In this document: positions 8,708 to 19,983 of the stretch, piece after piece
Position numbering within the stretch: the stretch's first letter is position 1
Layout: every line of letters begins with the position of its first letter
From: Patescibacteria group bacterium
GTDB taxonomy: Bacteria; Patescibacteriota; Patescibacteriia; JACRDY01
DNA length: 64,000 nt
Reading direction: 5' to 3'
NCBI GenBank assembly: GCA_041671565.1
Contig: JBAZBH010000002.1
Location: forward strand, 32,000-95,999
Program-made: the position numbers and the translations under genes
Notes under the pieces: model-generated
What the model was told of the DNA's origin: nothing
The model's input: the letters and a program-made list of their open reading frames with translations, nothing else
Databases searched by the model: none

Positions 8708-9868
8708 ATGACTGCAGTTAAAAAGAATCTATTTATTTTATTTTCGCTCGGGTTTTTTCTGGCGCTCGCCGTCGCTTTGCCCGCCTATATCCACTCCACC
8801 TATCTCAGCCAGTTTGTGGGCGCGGACCAAACCGGCTGGTTTTTTATTGGCGCCATGGTTTTTGCGACTTTGGCGATAAATTTTTTCCCGCGGTATATCA
8901 GAAAATTCAGTAATTACAAAACCGCTTTGATGCTCTTGGCAGTCTACGGGCTGGACGCTTGGCTGTTGTCTTTTGCTTCTTCGGCTGTCATGGCCTTGAC
9001 GCTCTTTATTATTTTAGAAACTTCGGTCGTGCTTCTCGCTATCGTCATGGATGTTTTTGTGGAAAGGTTTTCGGCTGACGCGCTGACCGGGCGCATTCGG
9101 ACAGTCTACTACACCTTTATTAATTTTGGTTGGCTTATCTCGCCATTTATCGCCGGCCAATTGGTGAGCGGCGGCGGTTACGCTTGGGTTTATTGGGGCG
9201 CGGCCGCGATGGTCTTGCCGATTATTGCCATTTTACTCATTTGCCGCGGTCGGTATAAGGATCATCTGCCTTACCGCCATCGCTCAACCATTGAGGCGTT
9301 AAAAAAACTTTGGCCCCAGCCGAATTTGCGGCGCATTGTTAGCGTAGCTTTTCTTTTGGATTTTTTCTATGGCCTGGCAGTAATCTATATTCCGATTTAT
9401 TTGCATCAGTATCTAGGTTTTGACTGGATGACGATCGGTTGGATGTTCACGATTATGCTTTTACCGTTTGTGCTTTTGGAAATTCCGGCCGGCATCCTCG
9501 CCGATAAATATTGGGGCGAGAAAGAAATCCTAGCCAGCGGCTTCATAATCCTTTCCGGCGTCTTAATCGCGATGTTTCTCCTCGGTCCGGCGAGTCCTTT
9601 GGTTTGGGCGATTATTCTTTTCCTCAGCCGTTGTGGCGCCGCCCTGACCGAGGCGATGCGCGAGACTTACTTTTTCAAAAAAGTCAGCGTCCGCGATATG
9701 GATTATATTAATCTCTTTCGCAACGCCCAGCCATTTGGCTACATCGCCGCCGCGCTCCTCGGCATGCTAATCTTGCAGTTTTTCCCCTTTAACTATTTAT
9801 TCTTGTTTTTCGGGGTGATTTTGTTGTTGGGAGTTTATTTGGCGGTGAGATTGGAAGATACGAAATAG
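8708..9868 (+). CDS. MFS transporter
   Basis: About 12 TM helices; PAGILADKYWGEK motif-A-like loop. Confidence 0.88.
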   Translation: MTAVKKNLFILFSLGFFLALAVALPAYIHSTYLSQFVGADQTGWFFIGAMVFATLAINFFPRYIRKFSNYKTALMLLAVYGLDAWLLSFASSAVMALTLFIILETSVVLLAIVMDVFVERFSADALTGRIRTVYYTFINFGWLISPFIAGQLVSGGGYAWVYWGAAAMVLPIIAILLICRGRYKDHLPYRHRSTIEALKKLWPQPNLRRIVSVAFLLDFFYGLAVIYIPIYLHQYLGFDWMTIGWMFTIMLLPFVLLEIPAGILADKYWGEKEILASGFIILSGVLIAMFLLGPASPLVWAIILFLSRCGAALTEAMRETYFFKKVSVRDMDYINLFRNAQPFGYIAAALLGMLILQFFPFNYLFLFFGVILLLGVYLAVRLEDTK

Positions 9869-10090
9869 ATTTAAGATTTAGGATTTAAGATTTAAGAATG
9901 GTCGGTAAGCAGCGTCTAAACCTCTAAATACCATTTAAAGTTCAAAACCCTAAGTGCAAAGTTCCCCAGCATCCCAGCATACGCGGGACAAGTGCGCGGG
10001 GCAGGCAAATCAAGTTCAAAGATCAAAAGCTACCGGAGTTTTGACCTTTGAACTTGATTTGTCATTTGGGTTTTGGATTTTGTCATTTTA
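9868..10090. repeat. nested element: GATTTAA left arm plus AAAGTTC inverted element with GC mini-hairpin insertion
   Basis: gatttaagatttaggatttaag...aaagttcaaaaccctaag...caaatcaagttcaaa / tttgaacttgatttg. Confidence 0.85.
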
Positions 10091-10173
10091 ACTGTATCTA
10101 TTGGGTTAAAACATTTATTTCTAATTTTGTTTTATTCTGAGGCGATAAACTATAAATTAGGTAATCACCCCTC

Positions 10174-10202
10174 TTGACGGGGTTTTTGGTTTGCGTTAAG
10201 AT
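10174..10202 (+). promoter_or_regulatory. sigma70 promoter of groESL
   Basis: TTGACG-17 nt-TAAGAT just upstream of CIRCE. Confidence 0.65.
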
Positions 10203-10213
10203 AACAGCACTAA

Positions 10214-10240
10214 TTAGCACTCGATATTTAAGAGTGCTAA
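10214..10240 (+). promoter_or_regulatory. CIRCE element (HrcA operator)
   Basis: Perfect TTAGCACTC-N9-GAGTGCTAA upstream of groES. Confidence 0.95.
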
Positions 10241-10250
10241 AATAAATAAT

Positions 10251-10329
10251 CGCGAATAAAAACGAATATAAACGAATAAAAACTAATAATTGTTCACATA
10301 AATTCGCTTTTAATTCGCTTAAATTCGCA
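10251..10329. repeat. CGAAT/ATTCG type inverted element in the groES leader
   Basis: gcgaataaaaacgaatataaacgaat pairs with attcgcttttaattcgcttaaattcgc. Confidence 0.7.
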
Positions 10330-10333
10330 CCAT

Positions 10334-10621
10334 ATGAATCTCAAACCACTGCACGATCATTTGATCGTCAAACCTCTGCGTGAGGACACAATGACCAAGA
10401 GCGGCATTGTGCTCCCTGAAACCGTGGACAAAGAAAAGCCGGAAAAGGGCGAAGTTTTGGCGGCTGGTCCGGGTAAGATGCTGGACAACGGCCAACTCGC
10501 GCCGATGTCAGTCAAAGTCGGTGACAAAATCATGTTTAAGAAATACTCGCCGGACGAGATTAAGATCGACGACGAGGATCTTTTAGTTATATCCGAGAGT
10601 GATGTACTGGCAATTATCTAG
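10334..10621 (+). CDS. groES: co-chaperonin GroES
   Basis: MNLKPLHDHLIV, TKSGIVLP, KVGDK. Confidence 0.98.
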   Translation: MNLKPLHDHLIVKPLREDTMTKSGIVLPETVDKEKPEKGEVLAAGPGKMLDNGQLAPMSVKVGDKIMFKKYSPDEIKIDDEDLLVISESDVLAII

Positions 10622-10622
10622 A

Positions 10623-12368
<1,746 letters not shown>

Positions 12369-12392
12369 GTCGGTTATTTAACTTAATTTTTT

Positions 12393-12427
12393 AAAACTCG
12401 TTCGGGTAAATCTCCGGGCGAGTTTTT
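12393..12427 (+). terminator. intrinsic terminator after groEL
   Basis: aaaactcgttcgg...ccgggcgagttttt. Confidence 0.7.
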
Positions 12428-12437
12428 GTATAGAAGA

Positions 12438-12684
12438 GATTTAAGATTTAGGATTTAAGATTTAAGAATGCCGGTATTTAGCGGTTTAAAGTTCAAAACC
12501 CTAAGTTCAAAGTTCAAATCAAGTTCAAAGATCAAAATTACTCAACCAGTTAAACCAAGAATAATATTTTGTCATTTGAACTTGATTTGTCATTTGGATT
12601 TTGAATTTTAAACTTCTAGTTGTGTTTATTGGTTTAAATGCCGGTTGCCGACCTTCTTAAATCCTACTTCTTAAATCTTAAATC
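12438..12684. repeat. nested element: outer GATTTAA arms, inner AAAGTTC arms
   Basis: gatttaagatttagg... / ...ttcttaaatcttaaatc enclosing aaagttcaaatcaagttcaaa / tttgaacttgatttg. Confidence 0.9.
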
Positions 12685-12704
12685 TTATGTTATAATGTCC
12701 CCAT

Positions 12705-13517
12705 ATGTCTATAGAAACAGCAGACCAGCAAACCGCCACCGCCAATGATTTGAAGTTTTATTTTCAAAAAATCAGTCGGCCGTTAGCGGCCAGCTTGGGG
12801 ATAATTTTGTTTGTTTATTTATTCAGTTTAATCAGTTTTTTGAGCTGGTCGCGGCCGGCTTTAAATTATTTCAGCTGGGCGATAATCCTGATTTTAATGG
12901 TGATGGTGGTGTGGCGGGTGGCCGGGGAAAAAAAAGACCGGTCCAGCCATGCGGCGATTGTTGGAGTTTTGGTGGGGCTCGGGGCGGGTCTCGGCCACGC
13001 GATTTTACAGGTAGTTTGGTTTTGGTCTTGGTGGCGATTAACTGATTTAGTGTTGGAGCCATTGGTTTTGGCTTTAGCCGGCCTCGGAATCGGATTTTTG
13101 GTTTTTAAACTCAGAGAGAAAGGGCAAGCTATAATGGCGGCCGGACGCGAACGGGAATCAGCGGCGGATTCAGTTGTTCCCACAACAATAGTTGAGGACA
13201 TCAAGATAGATTTGCCGGCGGAGGCAGTAGAAATTATAAAAGAATTGCCGGTAATGCCAGTAGTTTTGCCGGTTATCCGCCCGAAAGTTCAGAAAATTCG
13301 CCCAGCGCGGAGCCGTTCAGTTGAATCTCGTTTTAATCCGACGGTCATAGAAAAAGAAGTGGCGGTTGCCGCTGCGGTTGAAACGGCGCCAGCCGTTGCC
13401 ATTGAAGCTGAAGCAATAGTTAAAGAACCCAAAGTTAAAGAAGTTAAAGCCAAAATTGTTCGTCAGGCCAAGTCGGCTGATAAAAATAAAACTAAAGAGA
13501 CTAAAAATATAAAATAA
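12705..13517 (+). CDS. membrane protein with charged low-complexity C-terminus
   Basis: Four TM segments, then an E/K/V/A-rich tail; TATAAT just upstream. Confidence 0.7.
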   Translation: MSIETADQQTATANDLKFYFQKISRPLAASLGIILFVYLFSLISFLSWSRPALNYFSWAIILILMVMVVWRVAGEKKDRSSHAAIVGVLVGLGAGLGHAILQVVWFWSWWRLTDLVLEPLVLALAGLGIGFLVFKLREKGQAIMAAGRERESAADSVVPTTIVEDIKIDLPAEAVEIIKELPVMPVVLPVIRPKVQKIRPARSRSVESRFNPTVIEKEVAVAAAVETAPAVAIEAEAIVKEPKVKEVKAKIVRQAKSADKNKTKETKNIK

Positions 13518-13523
13518 AAATCT

Positions 13524-13871
13524 ATGGCAGTCAAAAAAAAGCCAGTCACGGCAAGTTCCAGTACCCAAAACGGAGTTAAAGACATTGAGGAGAATAAAGT
13601 TGTGGCGGCTTTATCTTATATTTGGATTCTATTTCTCATTCCGCTCCTTGCCAAGAAAGATAGCCCTTTTTGCCAATGGCACGCCAAGCAAGGGTTAGTG
13701 CTGTTTTTAGTGGAAGTGGTTGGCAGTTTGGTTTTTTGGATCCCGCTTTTTGGCTGGCTGTTACTTTTGGGGGTAATTTTACTCGCCGTGGTTGGCATTC
13801 TGCGGGCTTTGATTGGGGAGTTTTGGGAAATGCCGATCCTTGGCGCTTATGCCAAAAAGATCAATCTTTAA
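13524..13871 (+). CDS. DUF4870 family membrane protein
   Basis: AALSY...KKDSPFCQWHAKQG, MPILG. Confidence 0.85.
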   Translation: MAVKKKPVTASSSTQNGVKDIEENKVVAALSYIWILFLIPLLAKKDSPFCQWHAKQGLVLFLVEVVGSLVFWIPLFGWLLLLGVILLAVVGILRALIGEFWEMPILGAYAKKINL

Positions 13872-13892
13872 GCCAGTTGCCGGTTGATACTT

Positions 13893-15365
13893 ATGACTAA
13901 ACGGACAAAAATTGTTGCGACTATCGGCCCGTCTTCAGCGCGGCCGGAAGTTTTGGTCGAGATGATCAAAGCCGGTATGGATGTGGCGCGGCTTAATTTT
14001 TCCCATGGCAACTATCACGACCATAAAATTTTATTTGAGAATATCTTGGCGGCGAGCAAAAAGGCCGGTCGAGCGGTGGCGGTGATGCAAGATTTGCAAG
14101 GCCCGCGGATCAGGGTGGGCCAGTTGCCGGGCAACGGTTTGGTCTTGGCGGCGGGCGAGCGGGTTGTCCTGCTGCCGGATAAAAAGTTTAGCGAACGGTT
14201 GGCGGAGAAATCGGCCGATAAAATTTTGCCGGTGCAATACGAACGGCTTTTTCGCGAGGTGAAGCCGGGCGCCAAAATTTTAATCAGCGACGGGCTGATT
14301 GAACTGAAAGTTAAAAAAGTTAATAAGACCCAGGCGCTGATTGATTGCTTGGTGGTAAATGGCGGCACGGTGCTGTCTTTCCGCGGGATTAATCTGCCGG
14401 GGACCAAAATCGCCGCTGAAGTGATCACGCCGAAAGACCGGGAGGATTTGCGGTTTGGCTTGAAACTCGGAGTTGACTGGGTGGCGTTGTCTTTTGTCCA
14501 GGACGCGAAGGATATTTTGGCGCTGCGAAAATTGATCAATAGTTACCAATCAGGGAGCCAGGTTAAAATTATAGCAAAAATTGAAAGAGCTTCGGCGATC
14601 AAGAATTTTGACGCGATTCTCGGGGCAGCCGACGGCATTATGGTGGCGCGGGGCGATCTGGGGATTGAGTTGCCGGCGGCCGAAGTGCCAATGCTCCAAA
14701 AAATGATGATTGGCAAATGTCTCCGAGCCGCCAAGCCGGTGGTGGTGGCGACGCAAATGTTGGAGTCGATGATGATTAATCCGCGGCCGACGCGGGCGGA
14801 AGTGTCGGATATCGCTAACGCCGTGATCGACCATACTGACGCGGTGATGCTTTCGGGCGAAACCGCGACCGGCAATTTTCCAGTGGAGTCGGTGGCGATG
14901 ATGGCCGGCACGATCCAACAAACCGAAAAATCACCTTATGATAATCTAACAGTTGATAGCCGGCTGGAGAGCGATAAGGCCGCATTTTATTTTGCCGAAT
15001 CGGTATATAATTTAACCAAAAAGTTAAAAATCAAAGCGATTGTGGTGGCAACGGCCAGCGGCGAAGCGGCGCGGCTGATTGCCCGTTTCCGGCCGGAAAC
15101 CAGAATTTTGGCCTTAACTCCCAGTCCGGCAACAGCGCGGCAATTAATTTTGAGTTGGGGGGTGGAAGGCAAAGTGGCGGCGGTCAGCAGTAATTTGAAT
15201 AAATTGATCAAGCAAGCGGTTAACCTCGCGCGCGCCGAAGGTGTGGGCCGGCCGGGCGACAAAATCGTAGTGGCCGCGGCTTACCCTTGCTTACAGCCGG
15301 GTTTTAGCCGGCAGGCGATAAGGTGCAAAGAAAATCTGAATTTGGTTAAAGTGGCAGAATTGTGA
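13893..15365 (+). CDS. pyk: pyruvate kinase
   Basis: TKIVATIGPS, ARLNFSHG, IMVARGDLG, ATQMLESM, PTRAE. Confidence 0.97.
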   Translation: MTKRTKIVATIGPSSARPEVLVEMIKAGMDVARLNFSHGNYHDHKILFENILAASKKAGRAVAVMQDLQGPRIRVGQLPGNGLVLAAGERVVLLPDKKFSERLAEKSADKILPVQYERLFREVKPGAKILISDGLIELKVKKVNKTQALIDCLVVNGGTVLSFRGINLPGTKIAAEVITPKDREDLRFGLKLGVDWVALSFVQDAKDILALRKLINSYQSGSQVKIIAKIERASAIKNFDAILGAADGIMVARGDLGIELPAAEVPMLQKMMIGKCLRAAKPVVVATQMLESMMINPRPTRAEVSDIANAVIDHTDAVMLSGETATGNFPVESVAMMAGTIQQTEKSPYDNLTVDSRLESDKAAFYFAESVYNLTKKLKIKAIVVATASGEAARLIARFRPETRILALTPSPATARQLILSWGVEGKVAAVSSNLNKLIKQAVNLARAEGVGRPGDKIVVAAAYPCLQPGFSRQAIRCKENLNLVKVAEL

Positions 15366-15366
15366 A

Positions 15367-15506
15367 GGTAGGAGGTTAGGATGATAGGATGTTAGGCAGG
15401 AGTGTCTATTTGCTAAAGACTTTATGGCTCTATGGTTAAATGGTTTTATGGTTGGGAGTTGTCTCAAGGTGATCACTTTGGGATTAACCATTTAACTATA
15501 TAACCG
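15367..15506. repeat. TAGGAGGT tandem plus ATGGTT/AACCAT family inverted element
   Basis: Same architecture as 28442-28564 and 19031-19131. Confidence 0.7.
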
Positions 15507-15653
15507 GATATATCGGGAAGGGGTTAAATAATTTGGAGCGGCCCCGTTAGAACGGGGTTTTTTGTTTGGGCGGATTTCCCTTGTAAAACTTAAGGAAAAG
15601 AGGTATTCTTGGAGTAATATAGTCGAGATAATTAAGTAATTTTTACCCGATTT

Positions 15654-17351
15654 ATGAGGCTTTCACATTATTTTCTAAAAACCACCAAGTCGGTTTCTGA
15701 AGACGACAAAAGCGTGTCGGCCAAGTTTTTAAAACAGGGTGGGTATATCCGCGAATCGGTTGCCGGCCGGTATTATTTTTTGCCAATTGGTCAGAAAGTT
15801 CAGCAAAAAATCATGGCGGTGATCAAGGAAGAAATGGATGCCGCCGGCGCGCAAGAGATGGTGGCGCCGATTTTGCACCCGCTGGAATTATGGCAAGAAA
15901 CTAACCGCACCAACACCACGGGGTTTGAACTAATGAAAGTCAAAGATCGGCGCGGGGCCGAATTCGCTTTAGGCGGCACGGCCGAAGAAATGTTTGTTGA
16001 CTTGGTGCGGCAATATAAATTAAGTTACCGCGATTTGCCGTTTCAACTTTATCAGTTTTCGCCCAAGTTTCGCGATGAACTGCGCGCTCGCGGCGGATTG
16101 CTTCGCGTTCGCGAGTTTATTATGAAAGATGGCTATTCTTTTCATTCGGATGAAGCGGATTTTAAATTGGAATACGAAAAGATGAAAAAAGTTTATGCCA
16201 GGATTTTTGAGCGATTAGGTTTAGCCACGGTTATAGTTGAGTCGGACAACGGCTATATCGGCGGGGAGTATTGCCATGAGTTTATTGTTGAGTCGGAGAT
16301 TGGTGAAAGCAAGTATTTTGTCACTGAAGGCGGCAATTACGCCGCTCATGAAGATGTAGCGGTATTTAAAAAAGAAATAAAAAATCAGGCGGAAAAATTA
16401 AAAGAGCCAGTTGAAGTTGATGCCAAGCGCGGCACCACCATGGAAGCGGGCGTTGAATTTCACCATTTGCCGTTGTGGCAACAGATTAAAGATGTGTTGT
16501 TTGTTGATGAAAAGAGTCGGTTTATTTTGGCGATTATCCGCGGCGATTTTGAAGTCAATGAAACTAAACTTAAAAACCTGATTAAAGCCGCGACCTTGCG
16601 CCACGCCACTGACGAAGAAATTCGGGAGAAAATCAAATCAGAGCCAGGGTTTATTTCGCCGGTAAAAATCAAAGACGGACTGGCCAAGAAAGTTGAATTG
16701 CTGATTGTCGCTGACGATTCTTTACGAACGATTGCCAACGCTTATGGCGGCAGTAACCGGAAAAACCGAGATTTACTGAATGGTAATATCGACCGCGACT
16801 ACCAACCGGATCTGGAAGGGGATATTGCTTTAGCTAAAGCCGGCGACGAAGCGCTTAGCGGCGGGAAACTATTAGCCGGTAAGGGGATTGAAGTGGGAAA
16901 TATTTTTCAACTGGGCTATCATTATTCCAATAAAATGAAAGGCGCGGTGTATATTGACGCCGAGGGTAAAGAGCAGCCGTTTTATATGGGCTGTTATGGT
17001 ATTGGGGTCGGCCGCACTATGGCTGCGATTGTGGAAAAGCATTTCGATGACCGAGGAATAATCTGGCCCGAAGCCGTGGCGCCATTTGCTGTGCAGTTAA
17101 TCGCTTTGGACGGCGCCGAGGCGGAGGCGGATAAACTGTATGACCAGTTAATCAAAAAAGGCGTGGCGGTGCTCTACGACGACCGCGATAAGCGCGCCGG
17201 CGAGAAGTTCGCTGACGCGGATTTAATCGGTTTACCGCTCCGCGCGGTAGTTAGTAAAAAAACCGTCCAAGAACAAAGCGTGGAGTTGAAAAGCCGCCAA
17301 GAGGCCAAGACCGAGCTGGTTAGTTTTAAGGATTTTATAAAAAGATTCTAA
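15654..17351 (+). CDS. proS: proline--tRNA ligase
   Basis: KFRDELRARGGLLRVREF, INS editing domain, GIEVGNIFQLG, MGCYGIG. Confidence 0.97.
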   Translation: MRLSHYFLKTTKSVSEDDKSVSAKFLKQGGYIRESVAGRYYFLPIGQKVQQKIMAVIKEEMDAAGAQEMVAPILHPLELWQETNRTNTTGFELMKVKDRRGAEFALGGTAEEMFVDLVRQYKLSYRDLPFQLYQFSPKFRDELRARGGLLRVREFIMKDGYSFHSDEADFKLEYEKMKKVYARIFERLGLATVIVESDNGYIGGEYCHEFIVESEIGESKYFVTEGGNYAAHEDVAVFKKEIKNQAEKLKEPVEVDAKRGTTMEAGVEFHHLPLWQQIKDVLFVDEKSRFILAIIRGDFEVNETKLKNLIKAATLRHATDEEIREKIKSEPGFISPVKIKDGLAKKVELLIVADDSLRTIANAYGGSNRKNRDLLNGNIDRDYQPDLEGDIALAKAGDEALSGGKLLAGKGIEVGNIFQLGYHYSNKMKGAVYIDAEGKEQPFYMGCYGIGVGRTMAAIVEKHFDDRGIIWPEAVAPFAVQLIALDGAEAEADKLYDQLIKKGVAVLYDDRDKRAGEKFADADLIGLPLRAVVSKKTVQEQSVELKSRQEAKTELVSFKDFIKRF

Positions 17352-17486
17352 AGATATTAAATATCTCTCCTAAAAAATTCCGTTCCGACGGGGTTTTTAG
17401 TTTAATCAAGCAAGCCAGTTATTTTACTGGAAGAGGTTGGTAGTTGATTATTTCGCCGGCAATAATTTTTACGGTTTTTTGTCAAA

Positions 17487-17515
17487 TTGACATTTTTATG
17501 GTCTAGCACTAGAAT
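17487..17515 (+). promoter_or_regulatory. sigma70 promoter
   Basis: TTGACA-17 nt-TAGAAT, followed by a GGAGG SD. Confidence 0.7.
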
Positions 17516-17545
17516 TGGGTCAAACCTTTTGGAGGGAGGTCAAAA

Positions 17546-17746
17546 ATGGAGAATAATACAGCGCTACTGTTTTTGGCAGGGTTTTTATTGGTTCTGTGGC
17601 TGATCATACGGTTGGTGACTAATCGCCAACATAAAGGGCCAAAAACTGGCAGAATGTCGCGTTGGGAGGTTGAGGCCTGGGCCGATTGCCTTAATCGGCC
17701 GCTCCGAGGTGGGAAGATTCTTCCGCCACTTCAGCGCGCCAAGTAG
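17546..17746 (+). CDS. small single-TM protein
   Basis: Own promoter and strong SD (ggagggagg); N-terminal TM helix. Confidence 0.6.
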   Translation: MENNTALLFLAGFLLVLWLIIRLVTNRQHKGPKTGRMSRWEVEAWADCLNRPLRGGKILPPLQRAK

Positions 17747-17866
17747 GCGCGTCCAGTTTTCCACATCAACTAATCTCTCGCAGGGCCAATGCTTTGCGAG
17801 GGATTTTATTAAATAGCTCAGAGTCATGAGTCCAGAGTCCTGAGTAATAATATCTAAATTTAGACA

Positions 17867-17912
17867 AAATAGCAGGTTTTCTATTGACAGAAAACCTGTT
17901 ATTTGCTATCAT
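17867..17912 (+). promoter_or_regulatory. sigma70 promoter with a 16-bp inverted repeat around the -35
   Basis: TTGACA(17884)-17 nt-TATCAT; aaatagcaggttttct / agaaaacctgttattt. Confidence 0.7.
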
Positions 17913-17960
17913 AGAAACAAGTAGTTTGAAAACCCAACTCTTCACCCAAGGAGGGTAAAA

Positions 17961-18215
17961 ATGAAGAGATTCAATTGGAAAGAGGTTGTAGCGGTGGCGC
18001 TTATGTTTTTTGGGTTCGCGGGCGCGTTTGTGTATTGCCCGATTTTTGATGGGCCCGAGACCGGATTAGGCGCGCATGCAATTTTTATTGCCGGTCTTCT
18101 GGCGATGCTCGGTGGGTTTAAACTCGCCGGCGGGTTGGACTGGGCTCTTGGCTTTGATAAACCGAGGAAGCCCAGAAAATATACTGTTATTTATCCGGGG
18201 GGCTATCGCAAATAG
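17961..18215 (+). CDS. small two-TM protein
   Basis: SD aaggaggg, promoter, downstream terminator-like hairpin. Confidence 0.65.
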   Translation: MKRFNWKEVVAVALMFFGFAGAFVYCPIFDGPETGLGAHAIFIAGLLAMLGGFKLAGGLDWALGFDKPRKPRKYTVIYPGGYRK

Positions 18216-18297
18216 TTCGCTGGCGCATCTCGTAAGCTCGTTGTTCCTCGGGGACAGCGGGCTTTTTCTTTTGGCTAAATTTAGGTATGATGTTAGT

Positions 18298-18414
18298 AGC
18301 GCAAAACTCAAAGCTCAAAAGTCAAAACCACAAGTCAAAAGGCAAAACTGTCGGAGTAGTAGAGTTTTTAGCTTTGAGCTGTGGTTTTGACTTTTGACTT
18401 TTGCGCTTTGACTT
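18298..18414. repeat. inverted heptamer element (TCAAAAG/AAACCAC family)
   Basis: caaaactcaaagctcaaaagtcaaaaccac pairs with gtggttttgacttttgacttttgcgctttgac. Confidence 0.85.
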
Positions 18415-18420
18415 TATTTT

Positions 18421-19026
18421 ATGTTTTCCAAAGAAACCAAATTCATCCTCGCCCTCGTCCTCATCTTATTTTTGGTTTTTTCCTACTGGCTAATTGTTTA
18501 CTCGCCAAAGGAAGCGCCAACGCCGGTGGTCTATGAAACCGGCCGGCCGGACCGCGGCGCGCCAGACGCCAAAACCGTAGTAACGCTTTATTTTGATTTT
18601 GGCTGTTCGCTTTGCCATGAAGCCAGTTTTGCCTTAGATAAAATTTATCAGCAGTATGGCAATGCGGTGTTGGTCAAATATCGCTATGTGCCTTTAACCG
18701 CTAATTCCATCATGGTGGAGGCGGCGGCGGAATGCGCTCAGCGCCAAGGCAAGTTTTTTGCTTACCGTGATTATTTATTTGCCAGTTCGGACACAGTTTG
18801 GACTGCGGAAAAGTTGAAAGCCGGCGCCGCGGCGAGCGGTTTAAATCAACCGCAGTTTGATGGTTGCTTAGATAACAAGGAAACCGAGGCCGTGGTGGAA
18901 TATGACGCTGGCCAGGCTTGGAAGCTGGGCGTGACCGCTACGCCGGCGCTTTTCTTGAACGGCCAGGCGGTGGAATTAAATAGCCTGGAGACGGCGGTAG
19001 CGCGGTCGATGGCGGCGGGACAATAA
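18421..19026 (+). CDS. DsbA-like thioredoxin-fold protein
   Basis: DFGCSLC CxxC motif, GVTATP cis-Pro loop, N-terminal TM. Confidence 0.88.
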   Translation: MFSKETKFILALVLILFLVFSYWLIVYSPKEAPTPVVYETGRPDRGAPDAKTVVTLYFDFGCSLCHEASFALDKIYQQYGNAVLVKYRYVPLTANSIMVEAAAECAQRQGKFFAYRDYLFASSDTVWTAEKLKAGAAASGLNQPQFDGCLDNKETEAVVEYDAGQAWKLGVTATPALFLNGQAVELNSLETAVARSMAAGQ

Positions 19027-19030
19027 AATA

Positions 19031-19131
19031 AATGGTTTTATGGTTTTATGGTTAGGAGTTGTTCCAAAATGATTCCTTCAGTATTAGCCATTCAACCATA
19101 AAGCCATATAACCATAGAACCATAAAGCCAT
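19031..19131. repeat. ATGGTTTT/AACCAT octamer inverted element
   Basis: atggttttatggttttatggtt pairs with aaccataaagccatataaccatagaaccat. Confidence 0.85.
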
Positions 19132-19137
19132 AAAATT

Positions 19138-19983
19138 ATGCATACCTATCTCCCCAGTAGCATTATCTTCCAACTCGGTTCCCTTAGTATTCATTGGTAC
19201 GGCCTTTTGGTGACGGCTGGATTTCTCGCCGGGTTGTTCGTTTTAGTCCGGCTGTTCCGGTTTTATGGCCGGCCGCCGGCCGAGGCTTATGACCTATTTT
19301 TTTATGTCATTATTTTTGGTTTACTGGGCGCCCGGATTTACTATGTGTTTTACGACTGGGCTTATTACAGCGGGCATTTAATCGATGTTTTTAAGGTTTG
19401 GCAGGGCGGCCTCGCCATCCACGGCGCCATTATCGCCGCGCTCCTGACCATTTATTTTTACTCTCGTCGCCGCGGCTGGACGGTCTTGGTGATAACTGAT
19501 ATAGTGGCGGCCTGCGTGCCGTTAGCGCTGGCCATTGGCCGCTGGGGCAATTATTTTAATCAAGAACTGTTTGGTCGGCCGACTAATCTGCCTTGGGGTA
19601 TTCCGATTAGCCTAGCTAACCGGCCGGCGGAATATATTACCAGCCAATATTTTCACCCGACATTTCTTTATGAAAGTCTGATGGACTTGGCGCTGGCGGC
19701 GGTTCTCCTGTGCTGGCATTGCCGGTGCTTAAAGCAAGCAGCCAAAAGCCAGTTAGAAGTCAGACCGGGAGAAATTACCCTAGGATTTTTATTTGGCTAC
19801 TCGCTGATCCGGTTTGTCACCGAATTTTGGCGGGTGGATTATTCGCCGCTGGTTTTTGGCCTGCGGTGGGCGCAGGTGTTGTCGGGGGTGGTGATGGTGG
19901 GAGTGATCGGTTTTTGGTTAAAAATAAAAACTCAAAACTCAAAGCTCGAAAGTCAAAACCACAGCTCAAAACTAAAAACTTAA
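19138..19983 (+). CDS. lgt: prolipoprotein diacylglyceryl transferase
   Basis: IHWYG, WQGGLAIHG, AIGRWGNYFNQELFG, HPTFLYES. Confidence 0.96.
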   Translation: MHTYLPSSIIFQLGSLSIHWYGLLVTAGFLAGLFVLVRLFRFYGRPPAEAYDLFFYVIIFGLLGARIYYVFYDWAYYSGHLIDVFKVWQGGLAIHGAIIAALLTIYFYSRRRGWTVLVITDIVAACVPLALAIGRWGNYFNQELFGRPTNLPWGIPISLANRPAEYITSQYFHPTFLYESLMDLALAAVLLCWHCRCLKQAAKSQLEVRPGEITLGFLFGYSLIRFVTEFWRVDYSPLVFGLRWAQVLSGVVMVGVIGFWLKIKTQNSKLESQNHSSKLKT

